NCBI GenBank assembly: GCA_037447605.1
Contig: CM074804.1
Span: 2,294,001 to 2,358,000, forward strand
Length of the DNA: 64,000 nt
Reading direction: 5' to 3'
DNA from: Zygnema circumcarinatum SAG 698-1b
Taxonomy: Eukaryota; Plantae; Zygnematophyceae
The first letter of the stretch is position 1. Each line of letters begins with the position of its first letter. Position numbers and translations under genes: made by a program. Shown in pieces: positions 1 through 18,700 of the stretch. Below the pieces are notes generated by a model that saw only the letters and a list, made by a program, of their open reading frames with translations, searched no databases and was not told the origin of the DNA.

Positions 1-238
1 CTCGTCAAGTAAAGGGTAGGGCGACGAGGGCGCTGACAGGGGTCATGTTTGTAAATTGTGACATTTGTTACCATTTTTTGTTGCTTAGTTATTTTTAGGC
101 TAGCGAGGTAGGGAAGGCGGGGAAGAAGGGCTTGTAGGACATCTGTTGTTCGCAAACGAGACGTTAAGCCTTTTTTCTGCCCCACTTGTCCTCTACAAGA
201 GTAGAAAGGTTCTGATGGGGTCACCTTCACTCTCGATT

Positions 239-660
239 TCACCATTTCCTCCTACTCGCATCCACATCCCTCCTTGAAGGCGCGGTTTGTCTGAAATGAT
301 GCGGAGGTTCGCCTTGATCCTCATATTGCACTCGGCCCGAAGGCGTTTGCAAGGGCTGAAGGCAGAGCTGGAAGATGATGGCGAAGGCCTTCGAAGGGGC
401 TCGGGAGAATGTCGCCCCGAACAGACCCAACACGCTCGGTCCGCGTGCGGGCTGCCAACGCCGCCACCGATTTATCGTCTTCTTCGATGTTAGATGAAAG
501 GCCCCTCTCCTGGAGAGAGACAGAGAGAGAGCGAGAGAGAGAGGGAGAAGGAGAGGGAAGGAGAGAAAAGAGAGAGAAAAAGATACGTACGAGTGGGCAA
601 TAGCGGGAGTCAAAGCGGGGGAGGCGAAGAGAGAGAAGCGAGAGACGACAAGAGGGGAGG
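239..660 (-). other. Possible 5' end (CT-rich leader with an intron ~513-590) of a gene running off the left edge
   Basis: gtacgt donor, pyrimidine tract and ctccag acceptor on the minus strand, with a GTAC-rich upstream region. No recognisable protein. Confidence 0.25.
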
Positions 661-992
661 GAACACGGGCGGGCCGCCCCGCCAGGGGGCGACCGTACGG
701 TACGGTGAGCCACTTGGCAGTTGGGGGCATTTGGCCGCCGCTGTACGGCTCGTACGGATTGTGGAGGACACGTGTCACTTGGGACATGACTGTGGCTGGA
801 GTTTGACAGATTTGGTTGGAGCGAACGGCCTCCGTCTCGCAGTGAAGCGTGACAATCGACGGTTTGCTGTTGGGTTGGCTTGGAGCATCCGTACACAAAA
901 AATAGGTTAAATTGGAGGTCGGAAGTCGAACGGCGTAAATTTGTTTTAATTTTGTAAATAAATATATATATAATTGTCAGTACACATCACAT

Positions 993-1077
993 CCGACCAT
1001 AGCTCAGTTGGTAGAGCGGAGGACTGTAGCGTGATGAAGCAATCCTTAGGTCACTGGTTCGAATCCGGTTGGTCGGA
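993..1077 (+). tRNA. tRNA-Tyr (GUA) with a 12-nt intron (1030-1041)
   Basis: CCGACCATAGCTCAGTTGGTAGAGCGGAGGACTGTAG-[cgtgatgaagca]-ATCCTTAGGTCACTGGTTCGAATCCGGTTGGTCGGA. The acceptor stem is a perfect CCGACCA/TGGTCGG, A and B boxes are present, the anticodon GTA is at 1026-1028, and a T-run at ~1090-1096 could serve as the Pol III terminator. It matches the plant cytosolic tRNA-Tyr layout. Confidence 0.97.
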
Positions 1078-2178
1078 CATGCTGTCTATGTTTTTTGAAA
1101 ATCATCGTTTGGATGTCATCCATCTACTGCAAATATCGGAGGTGTGTTTGATGTTCATGTCCCTGTCCCTGTCCATGTCCCTTATGCATGTAGGAACATG
1201 ATAAACACTTTACTGTGGCTCTTCCAAAACCTTCCTTCGCCAGTGCTTGCGCCCACCGCTCCTTCGAGATGCACGGCTCCGGAAGCCCTCCTCCGGCGAT
1301 CTTGGCTACTTTTTATCGACAGCGTATTTCCGTCGGCCTTCAACGTTGCCTCGCTTCTACACTTCTTCGGCGTGCTGCAGTTGTTGGTGATCGTGTCGGT
1401 GGACTTACGCCGCTCCCTCCTCGTGATGTGCCTCGCATCGGTGACCTTCGCGGTTGCTTCTAGGGGCTGCGTTGTTCCCTGGCTAAAAGCTGCTCATAAA
1501 AAGGTTGGGATGAGTGATTCTGGAGCCACATAGAGCAGCTTGTGCCTAGGCGTAGTTTTACGCTCCTAGCTTTCCTAGCTTTCTTAGCTGGTCCTTTGCG
1601 ACCAGTCCCTCGTGGTTCCACATCATGCTTTTGTCCGTGTACATTTGATGGCCTCGCCATCGTGAGTTCAATACCATTTTTCTCCCTCTTTACTACTCCA
1701 TGTAGTAGCTATATTAGGATTTGCCTAAGCTATTAATGTTGGCAAGTGCGTTCTACCCAAGCTTAACAACTAACCAGTGTGTGAATTCGTGGCTGAGTAT
1801 GAAAGAAGACAGTTATAAACTTCAAAAAAACCGTTAACCGGATCAGAACCCCATTAAAATTTACACAAAAAACCGCCAGTTCATCCATATCGACGTTGAT
1901 ACATTGTCGACAGTTTGAGCTCTCTCACGAAGCGTCTGGTCCGTTTCTCGCCCAGCTGGCAACGCGCGGCTGTTCCGAATTTCAAGCATACAGCCTCGCA
2001 AGCATTGTCGATACATGTCGTCCCAAATCCTCACCGAGACCACGCGGAAGAATGGTACTAGGAATGGAGGCAATTTTGAATGTTCTTGAAAGACGAAAAA
2101 TTGGTTGTAATTACATGCACATGCCCGCTGTTCTCTGCTGCATTTTACAACGGCTGAGGTCTGCTACACAAAAAGACT

Positions 2179-5683
<3,505 letters not shown>

Positions 5684-5769
5684 TCAAGCCGAAGAGCACC
5701 TGCACTGCTGAAATGGAAAAGAATGGCGCCGGGACACAGCTCGGAGGGGAGGGCGCTACAAGAAGAGAG

Positions 5770-6070
5770 TGGGACCATCGGGTCCGCCAACCATTGGCTA
5801 CCAATGGTTGCGGCCAATGGTTCGTTTGGTCGCAGAGTTTGACCTGAGGGGCCATTGGTCAAACATTGGAAGTTCTGCCAACCATTGGCCAACCATTGGC
5901 CAACCGTTGGCCAGCCATTGGCCAACCATTGGCAATGGCTCCTTTCAGCCGTTGGATGGAAGCATCCAACGGTTAGATTCCAACGGTTGCAATGGTTGCA
6001 AAACATGGTTGGGAGACACGGCCAAACCATTGGCGAACAACGGTTGGAAATGGTCGCCGACCAAAGGTCC
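5770..6070. repeat. CCAACCATTGG/CAACGGTTG repeat element between divergent genes
   Basis: Five tandem 11-mers at 5878-5932 (consensus CCAACCATTGG), two perfect 10-bp hairpins, and further scattered copies of the same words. Confidence 0.85.
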
Positions 6071-6342
6071 GACCTATGCTGCAGCACTCCTTGTTCCAGG
6101 AGGTAAACAAGGCGTGCATTTGAATATGTCCCTACTTTTAGGTCGCTTTCCGCTTCTCTCCCTCTTCCTTGATTTCTCCTCTTCTCACTTCCCTTTGTCT
6201 TTACGACCTTTCTCCTGATGCAGCTTACAATACTGACTTCTTTGTGATCGAATGCAAATCAGAACGTGAGAATATCGAAGTGAAACGAAGAAAAGAATAC
6301 CAAGAAAAAAAAGAAGCACGGAAGGAGCAAAGGTAGGTACTG

Positions 6343-7347
6343 ATGTCATTTCAATCGATTGCACCACTTAAGCTGATTTCGCTTAGCAGACATCCAGTGC
6401 AGTGTTTTTTAGGTCGGAGATTGGCCTCCATCATTTCTCAAAAAAATAATTTTGCTGATCCAAGAATATTTGAAGTGAATGTGCACTCTGCATCCTTCTA
6501 CTTCAGCCGCTCATTGGGGCCGAGAGCAGCGTGTACAGTTGGCAAGGTAAGAGAAGAGCCAGTTACACCGGCTGGGAAAAAACTGGGATTTTTTTGGGAT
6601 AACCATGAGAAAGGACCTACTGTGATTACAAGTGGTTGTTATTCCAGAGAATTTCGAGGTTTTCATAGCGGTAGGCCTTCGTGGAGTGAAGAGAGAGGCT
6701 CAACTCTATCGGCGTCGACGGAGAACTTGCATTCAAGTGACCGTTTTGGGTTTGAAGTTGAGGAGGGTCCTTCAAGCACTACATACAAAGGCGACCCTCA
6801 GACAACCAAAGGAGGGAAAGGGCCGAAGACAGTGATGGATGTCCTTCTGAAGCGCTTAAAATGGGGCTTTTCAACATGGCCCACGGCAGAGGGCTGGCTC
6901 TTCACGCTCTGCATCGCATCGCTCATAGCAATTCCCATTATCCCTTTGGCATTGTGGGGAAACCTGTTTTCCTTAGACCACGCGAACATCTCCTTTTTAG
7001 TCGGCTTGAAAATTTTAATTCCAAACATTGCTGAGGAGCTCCTTTGGAGGTTGTTATTGAACCCTCATCCTCGAGAGGAAAGATCTCCTAAGGAAGTGAT
7101 GATATGGGGCGTGATCTCGACCGCTGCTTTTGTCATGTCGCATCCTCTGAATGCCTGGTTGCTGAGGCCTGTAGCTCGAACAGTATTTTGTCATCCAGGC
7201 TTTTTGCTAATCTGTGGACTTTTAGGCAGTGCATGCGTAGTATTGTATCAAAGAACAGGGTCGATATGGCCTCCCGTGGCAATGCATTGGCTCACAGTGT
7301 TCGTTTGGCTAAGTCTCGGGGGGCGACATCGGGCCCCCCTTTTTTGA
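6343..7347 (+). CDS. CPBP (type II CAAX/Abi-like) intramembrane protease with a long N-terminal, probably organellar, extension; intronless
   Basis: 334-aa ORF. The C-terminal half is hydrophobic and has the CPBP motifs EELLWR (EExxxR), FVMSH (FxxxH) and TGSIWPPVAMHW. The N-terminus is Ser/Arg-rich. Confidence 0.85.
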   Translation: MSFQSIAPLKLISLSRHPVQCFLGRRLASIISQKNNFADPRIFEVNVHSASFYFSRSLGPRAACTVGKVREEPVTPAGKKLGFFWDNHEKGPTVITSGCYSREFRGFHSGRPSWSEERGSTLSASTENLHSSDRFGFEVEEGPSSTTYKGDPQTTKGGKGPKTVMDVLLKRLKWGFSTWPTAEGWLFTLCIASLIAIPIIPLALWGNLFSLDHANISFLVGLKILIPNIAEELLWRLLLNPHPREERSPKEVMIWGVISTAAFVMSHPLNAWLLRPVARTVFCHPGFLLICGLLGSACVVLYQRTGSIWPPVAMHWLTVFVWLSLGGRHRAPLF

Positions 7348-7803
7348 AGGCTGTCAGTTCACTCGAGACAGGTATAAATTAAAAGTTGATTGTGGGCGTA
7401 CAATGTGATTATTTAATGGGGTCATGGACTATTGTTCTTCGTCGTCTTTTGCTTATTTTTTTACTTCTGGCATACACTCCCCTTCTTTTTTCGTTCTGCA
7501 CTCGTGGAAAAAAGTAGCTTGTATAGAAATGGCCGATAAGGGACAATAATGGGCCCATCGCATGAATCTTGTTAAAAATACACATTATCTCCTGCTTGTA
7601 AACCATAACCTGACATGCGCAACGCACTTGCTTCACGGACTAAACAAAGCGTAAGCAATCTCTCATTTTCTCCTTTTTTCAAAAACGAAGGTGGAAATAG
7701 TACAAAGTGCTCAGTGATTTCCTAGTGAAAAATTGGTCTATCTAGAGGACCCATCACAGCTAGACGTCTGTCAAGATAGCGGCCCCCATCTAATTGAGAA
7801 CAA

Positions 7804-10800
7804 CTAGGAACCCTTATCTGTTTGAGAATCACTAGGAGCTCCCATCTGATTGGACGGAGCTTTGGAAGGTTCACTTAAAGAGCGCTCATATGCTCGTCCC
7901 TCTTTCCAAATTGAGAAATTCCGCAGCTTTGGGCTGCAAGAATTGTCCACTGTGTGCTCAGATTGGCTTCCCTGAGACGAAGAAGTGAACATATGTATAT
8001 CCGTATTGAATATGGGTTGCTGGAAAGGATATGGGAGCCTGTTGGGTGCGGCAGAGGCTGTTGTAAAGGAGGGAAGAGAGCCAGTGGAAGGTAGGGTGTC
8101 ACTACGACCGGTCTCCTCTAAAGATCTGAACTTATATGGTGGGAGTTGATGCATGTGGCTAAAGGTGGAGGTGGAGGAAGTAGGGGGACTGGATCTGGAC
8201 CTTCTTTCTCGAGGATCCTGATTGGCTGAAGGTGCTGAAAAATGCATTGAAGAGTGGCCGAGTACAAGGGGGGGAAAGGAGTCCACTGGAAGCTCAGGAC
8301 TGGAAGGACCAGGAAGTGAATCTGGGTTTGAATCAGTAATGAGGTGACCGCCATTTGGAGAATAGACCATTTGCTGAGGTTCAATGTCAATCCTGCAACA
8401 ACAACAAAAACCGGGGATGAGATGACCTTGGTATGAGGCTTACAGAGGCTAGATTTGGCGCCAGATAAAGCTATGAGAGAAGGATGCGAAAATGCAAACA
8501 AGAGTGGATAGAGTCATGATTTGTCTTTCTCCTTTCAGCATCCAAACTTCAACTTTCAAATGATGCGTATCGTCCTTAAACTCCACCTGTGTGGAAAACC
8601 TAATTCCTGATCCACATAAGCAGTACAGAGTGCAGCAACTTGCCTGTTGGAAATGTGCACTTGCCACCTTTCTGTGAAGGCTGAAGAGATTTACGCCTGA
8701 ACTTGATCACATTCTAGAGCGGCATACTTCAAAAGGCAAAGTTGCCCACCTTGCGGTTCCATCTGAAGAGTCTGAAAACTGAGAGGGACTTTCGAACAAG
8801 CCGGGGGACGAGGACTCTCCTCCATCTGCCCCGCCTGAGTACGACTGCCATGAAAGCGAATGGGAAGGAAGAGCATCCACAACTTCCGTAAAATAACGCC
8901 GTTTAATAAGCTGTTGAAGGAAGGTTAAGCCCCAACACCACCAAAAATTAATGCATGGAAAGGGTTGGTTTCAGTATACAGAGAGGTAGGCATTTACAGG
9001 AGCTAGGGTTGGCGCGATTGCGTTCAAAGCCAACAACTGGATCAAAGCTGCACAACCATCGATTTGATTTCATTAAGAGAGGAAGGAAGAGAGGGAGAGG
9101 TAGGAGAGAAGGAGAGGGGAAAATAATCTCACTTCGTAGAAAAAGGAATCAACAGCTTCTAGGTCGAGCCTTCCTTCTCGAGCGCACTGTGGAGCAAGTG
9201 ACAGTAAATGACATGTACCGTCTCGAGTATTAGCTCAAACTTCCGAAATCTGGAATCACTGCGAATCACATCGCAGCAAGTAAAGACAATAATGGCAAAG
9301 CTCCATGGACTAAGACAATTACGAAAACGTCATCAATCAAGCCGTATACATGTCCTGTCACCTTGCTGATCCACAAAAGCTCCATTTTTCACGCCTAATC
9401 TCCATATTAACCGAAGGACCTGCCTCCACTCTAAACCATATTATCGTCTGAACATGCTCACCGCGATTAGGCCTCCCGACGAAGCCGAGCTTCTTATGTA
9501 TTGGGGCAGCTCAGATTTCCCTCGGAATTTTAACAGCCTGTTTTTCTCTACCCATGCTCTCGCTAGCTCTAAGGTTTTGCTTTTGCTGGCCACTTCCATG
9601 AGTTTCGTGCGCCCCTTTACAAGAGGGTCCTTCTCTCGAATGTCCGCCTTGTTCCCTATTACAAGAAGAGGAACAGGGAGACCCCCTCCAACTGCAGAAT
9701 CTGAAGGAGTATTGAAAGTACCCAACTGCACAAGTTCGCTAGTCCATTCCTTGGCGGAATGCCGTTGAGATTTCGCTCGGGAAAGATCATGCACAAGGAT
9801 GACACCTGCAAGTGAATGCAGGTGCACACGTTGAAGCTTCAATTATTGTAGTAAAATAGCATAAGGCTGCTCATGCGCAGAGCAAAAGAGTTCGTGGATG
9901 CTCATACAATCAAAATAGGCTTTCTCAAGAACACAGCACTTGTATCGCCCATTGCTTAATGGGTTTCTGCTTCCATTCAAAATGCCTGCTTGGGACTTCC
10001 TCCGAAGCTTGTGAATCGTTCAAAACAAATTCCAAAGGAATTAAATGCCTGTCGCCTTCAAAATCAACCTTACCCCTTTACCTCAATTGACAGAAAATGG
10101 ACCCTTGAAATGAAAAGTTTCAATCTATTAACTTCCTGAATGTTCACATCCTTAGACCCGTTGACCATTCAGAGTACAAGGTTTTGCTAGAGCCGTCCAT
10201 TAAAGTTTTTTTTGTTCGATATTGACATCCTTTTCAGCTTCCCATGCATATGAGAATCACTTCCGGACTCATCAATAAGCGTGGGGAAAACAAATGGATT
10301 TCCAAAGAGGGATGAATCTCACCGTTTATTTTACTGTAAAAAAGTGATCTTGAATGCTTGTACATTTCATGGCCCGAAATGTCCCACAACTCCACGAAAA
10401 AGCCTCGCCTCTTGTTGCTCGCCTCTTCCTCGACACCCCCATGCTGTGCGTTCATAGTAAGAGACTCTCCTGCTTCCATGTACTGAACATGACCCAGTGA
10501 CTTACACAGCATTAGCAGAGTTGGGATAATGCTAGAACTAGCCGGTGATACATTGATGTAGTTTCAAAACAGTCCAAACCATGTGCATACTCCTCGTGAA
10601 CAAAGCGTTAACAGTAATCCTATACCTTTTCTAGTACATGGGTTGCTGTCAACTGGCTGGCAAAAGGCCTACACCGTAGTCTCTTACACCAAGTTAAGAA
10701 GGGTAATAGACCAGTAACTTTGTGAAAACACTCAGTCAAGTCAAGAAATTTTTCCCAGAACGAAAGAATCACCCAGGTACAACCTTGAGAGGTTTGACAA

Positions 10801-11790
10801 AGACAAGCTGCTTCTCAGTTCTGCTTTCAATATTTAAGTTGCAGAAACTTGATGATTTCATTCACACTGTACCATCTGTAGTTGCCAATCCTATATTCCC
10901 GACTAGAAAAAAAATGTAGTGCAAGAACCAACCCTTCGTCGGCATCTCAGATCTCATGATGGACCTATCTAGTTCCCCATTTGACATTTTCAAGAGAATG
11001 AACCTCTTGCAAAATTCGAGAACAGATAAGGTAGCTGTGACACCTAGTTTCTGTGCTTGCTGCATATTCATAGACACGACTACGAGGTTTTCATGCCAAA
11101 AAAATACTAGTGAACACTTCAAAGAATTGAAACTGTGCAGGGCTCGGCACACGCTTGTTGTGTTCAAGTGATCAAACGTGCAAACAGCCAGAAAAAAAAG
11201 TGGCTTAAAGTATGTGATTACCTTCACACTCACAGAGCAGCCAACTGTCCGCATTGGCTTCAAAATTGGCCTCCCATTAACAATAAGGTGAACCAACGAC
11301 GTCTTTCCCACACCTGTGAAATTCAGACAATGCTTTAAGCTTGGCTTATCTTCCAGAGGCAGCTTTAAAACAGTAAAATATTTCAAATTATTTTTCGTAT
11401 AATGGGTAAGCCTCGTGTATTTTGTAGTTTTATGCAGACACTAGGACAAGGCTGAATTTTCCTGCTTCTCAGATTAAGTTTTCAACGCAGATAGGCGCGA
11501 GAAGAATGGAAGGGTAGACATATGTCATGCGATACTTCATCGTAGGTTATTGTCCCCCAATGTAACATTGGCAAGACTGTCTAGGTCTGTGAAGGATCGA
11601 TCACACGCAGGCACCATGGGTGCCGAGATGCTATTGCTGCATAATTTTTTTTTAGTGTCTGCCAGTAATGGAGATGAGCGGTTCTTTCCAGTAGTAGAGA
11701 AATAAACTCGCCTGAATCTCCCACAACAAGCACTCGAACCTGGCCAGCTGGAGGGCTCCCATCCCTGCTACCCTCCGGCCGGGCATTCAT
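7804..11790 (-). CDS. LIP1: LIP1-type (RABL3-like) plant small GTPase with a Ser/Pro-rich C-terminal tail
   Basis: Exons give GQVRVLVVGDS|GVGKTSLVHLI...RTVGCSVSVK / FFVELWDISGHEMYKHSRSLFYSKING / VILVHDLSR...GGLPVPLLVIGNKADI / AREGRLDLEAVDSFFYE / LIKRRYF... and an in-phase final exon RIDIEPQQMVYSP...DKGS*. These closely follow Arabidopsis LIP1 motifs. Confidence 0.9.
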
Positions 11791-12275
11791 GCCCTTATGG
11801 TCTTGCGATGTCAGCAACCCTAACCCTAAATCTAGCTTCAAGTTATCCTGCAGAATGTGCTGCAAACTGTCAACATGGGCAAAATACTGCCTCCTATGCT
11901 AGCACATTATGCACTTCTGGCTGTAGAAAGCAGCCACCTCCTCCCTTTCACACTCACGGTCACAAACGCTTCACACTCTCGCTATCACTATTTTCTCTCT
12001 ATTGTGCTCGCTTTCTCTCCCTTTTCCACTCACTCCTGTTGCAGATGGCAGCAAGCCATTTGCAGCACATCACCATGTGCAAGCTTCACTCCAAAACGAA
12101 ACCACTGGTGTGGCTGAGAGAATGAAACGTCTCCGTGAAACCCTAAAAGTGCTCTCTGCGCAAAAAAAGCTCCAATTCTTTTCATTCAACTCCTGCGCAT
12201 TCATGCAGCGGAGCATGCGCAACGAGTGAGCGCTAAGTGCAGGGAAAGGCGCGTCCTCTCGAAATCATGGTCAGG

Positions 12276-15233
<2,958 letters not shown>

Positions 15234-15735
15234 TGAATTTGGAGCGCCAAAGGAGGATGGATCAGGGGGGTGTCTTAGAGCGGAGGAAGCTCTTAGTACA
15301 CTCGCTTCGTTTCGCTTTTTTTTGCTTTCACATATAGTGCAAATCATAGGTATGACGATAACTGCGGCTAAAATCAAACATTTCGTCTGTTATGCCTATA
15401 TTGGCACTCGTACCATTTACCAATATCTTCTAAAACCCCCACAATGTCGAAGTCATTGTCATAGATACGGTGAGCATGGCACATGTAACATTTTCCTAAT
15501 GAACATAACTTCACTCTGTTATCAATTGAACTAGACACAAACCCTGTCTAAAAAGTTCAAAGAATGGAGCGGCCCCAACAGCATGAGTTTCGCCCTACAA
15601 TCTTCACAGCTCCTAGAAAATATTGCGCCTGTTTGACTATTTTACAAAAGAATAGGATGAATACCCACGAAGTCCTTGCGCTCCAACACGTGCAGCCCGG
15701 CACTCTGAAAAGACTACCCTTCGATTGTTTGTCAA

Positions 15736-18700
15736 TCATCGGTACTCGTCTCCGCAGTCGCCAATAATGGCCATGAGGTCTCGGCTCTTCTTCATGACCT
15801 TTCTGATGCGCTCACGATCTTCCTCGTCCAACTGCAAATCGAAAATAGCGCATGTCGCGTCTATGTGCTCCGATACCCCGAGACGAACCCCCAGTATTGA
15901 TCCCGCCACGGCAGGCTGTTTAAAGAAAAGATAGAGGCAGAAAGGCAAATAGTTTTAGTTCGATTATTTCGTGAAAAGGGGGGAGGAAGAGGCTGAGAGA
16001 GAGACAGGGGGAGGGAGATCTTTCGCAAACACATATAAGAACGAAGTGAATGGGGAGGTGAGAGGGGAGGTGGGAGGTGGTGTTTCTTACTTGGTCAAGA
16101 ATGTAGTGAACCGCGACGGCTGGTATTGTGGATTTGTGTTTCCTCGCTACAATTTGGCACTCCCTCAGCAGCTCTTGGAAGAGACCCCATCCGCCCCAAG
16201 TGTCGATCATCTGCCCATGTGCGAACATGCCCGCCACTCCGTGAGAGTGAGAGCGAGAGAGAGCGGGAGAGCAGGAGGGGAGGAACAAAGAAAAAGAAAG
16301 GGTAGTGCGGCTAGGGCGGGGGCTAAGGTTAAGGTTGGGTTAGGGTGATAGGTTAAGAATCGGGTCTAATTTTGTCAAAGGGATGGAAGTGAAGAAAGGA
16401 TATCTCACTCGCTTGTACTTGTTTTGAGATGGAGTGGTTGTGCGAGGCCCTCCCCATGAATTGGGCTCCTTTGAATCAACAAACTTCTCTGAGAGAAACC
16501 CTCCGAGTAGTGTTCCATATCTGTATGCCTTATTGAAACATGCAATCAGTCCAAAACGACGTTTGATCCATGTCAAATCTCAACCTTCACACTGAGCTGA
16601 ACCCTGCGTTCAACCTCAACCCCAAGTTCTCGATCCTGAACAAGCTCAGATTTAACCAACCTACACGTTTAAAGCCTCTCTTCCACCGCTCTGTGGTATT
16701 TGCGAACTTTTTTAGGGCTAGCAAGTCTGCAACTCACGTAAGGAGCTGCACGCCTGTGAGGGAGCAAAGCTCTGCCATTCGCTGCTGGGGTCTTGTGTCC
16801 ACCAAACTATACTGAACCTGCATTACAAGAAAAATGCAATATGTTTCCAAAGGAGACGTAACAAAGTTTGCAAAGTATAGAAAAAAAAAAACAAAAATGA
16901 TGAGCGATAGTCGACATGTTCAATTCACCTGGTTGCTGACAACAGGGATCCCGTTTTCGAGAATAGTTTGTAGTCTGTCCGTGTCAAAATTGGTGAGCGC
17001 AATTGTTTTAATTTTCCCTGCACAGCGAACGAAACGTATTTCTAATGCTGTTCACGTGTAGTCGTTTTGCCAACGGAAGCAGCAACGGAACGGAAAAGAC
17101 CTGACATGTATCATACCCTCGAGGATCAAAAGCCAAACATCTCACCTTCCTCCTTCAAGTCTGTCAAATGCTTCAGAGCATCCAAGTAGCCCTTGTCCGA
17201 ATAATCCCACCTGCCCCAAACCTAGCAAAAATGTGAATAGGAGAAAAAAAAAAAAACCATGCAATTCTCCTCCTTTCAACTGCGGGAGGTTTTCTTCACC
17301 AACTGAATTTGGACCATATCGCAGTGAAAGCCAAGATGGCACAAGAAAAAAATTGACATACCAATGGAACTGCACCATGTCGAGCTTTGGCGTTTCCATG
17401 CGTTTCCGTGAACGGTACATTGCGTCCTCTACAACGGCACGGGTAATTTTTGCGGGTGGAGGGCACCACTTGGTCAACCTGCAGACGCCACGTGTCAGTT
17501 GACGAAGGGAGATCACGCAACGAGTCAAGCTGACTCTTTTCCATTTGTAAGTCGGCAAAACTGATTCTTGAAACCCTCTAAACTGGAAAATTCCCTACCA
17601 ATCTTAGAACCCCTACCCCTAACCCTAAAGCCTGCAAGGGCCAAAAGCTCACCCCTCAAGGTGCGATGCATACTCCTCCCCTCTCTCCCTCCGTGCTCTG
17701 TTCAGAAGGACTCCGTACAAAGACTCTGCTGGCCCATCTGTCAAACCAACAAAAGAATCTCTTTGAGAAAGAAAAGGAAGGGAAAATCTCTTTAGCGTGA
17801 AAAAAGATTGGAGATACGCAGGTAGACGTAACCCAAAGCGTTCCAAATGACTCAACTACATCCATACAACCTTCATCACCCCAAACCGCTACATGTCTGC
17901 ATCCTTTAAAGTCGGCATGCCGTTTCCTACTCCTATCCGGCCATCAAATTCGCCCAAATTCCTAAAACCCTGAAGCGCCGAGAGCCCCCAAAACCTAATT
18001 CTTGCATGCATGTTAAGGGGAGAGTGGGCCCCACAGATGTCGGCGAGGTCGAAGGTGGTGAGTCCCGCGTCAGCGTACGCGAGCATGGCGTCAGCAGCGG
18101 CCGCGGGGTCCGAGGCGCCCCACGCGGGGGAGGAGACCTGCCAGAGACCGTTCAGCGCGCGGCAGATGTCCAGCTCGTCCTCGCCCGACTTCACTGCACC
18201 GCACCGCCCCCTCTCTCTCTCTCTCTCTCTGTGAGGGAGGGGGAAGGGGGGAGGGGGAAGGGGGGANNNNNNNNNNGAGAGCAAGGGAGGGTAGGGGAGG
18301 GAGGGAGGGAGGGAGGGAGGGAGGGAGGGAGGGAGGGAGGTAAAGGAAGACAACATGCTGCCTACTTAATCACAGCGCCTTAAAATTAAACTTGGGTTTT
18401 GGTTTTTTTTCCAGGATTTATGAGGCATATGTTTCATTATCAGTTCATATAAACAAAAGAAACCTGTCCTTATTATTCAATGGATCTCTCTTCACACATG
18501 AGGCTCTACCTATGTCAAAGCAGCATTGTCTAAGATTCTCCGCACAAAATGTAGAAAAGTTAGGCATTATGGGGAGAAAATTGGCGCTGACGAGGAGTCG
18601 TCAGAAAGCCGAAAATGCTTCGACAACTGTGACTTACCAATCGTCCGATAAGACGGCATAAGCTGATCCTCCACATCAGCGCTGACAGCAGCCCTAACCG

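Noticed and set aside
1144-1533. 129-aa ORF with a hydrophobic stretch downstream of the tRNA
   Set aside because: No recognisable family or promoter context. It could be a small membrane protein, but this cannot be supported from sequence alone.
5878-5932. Repeat array as a possible CRISPR
   Set aside because: The 11-bp units are directly adjacent with no spacers, there are no cas genes, and the context is eukaryotic.
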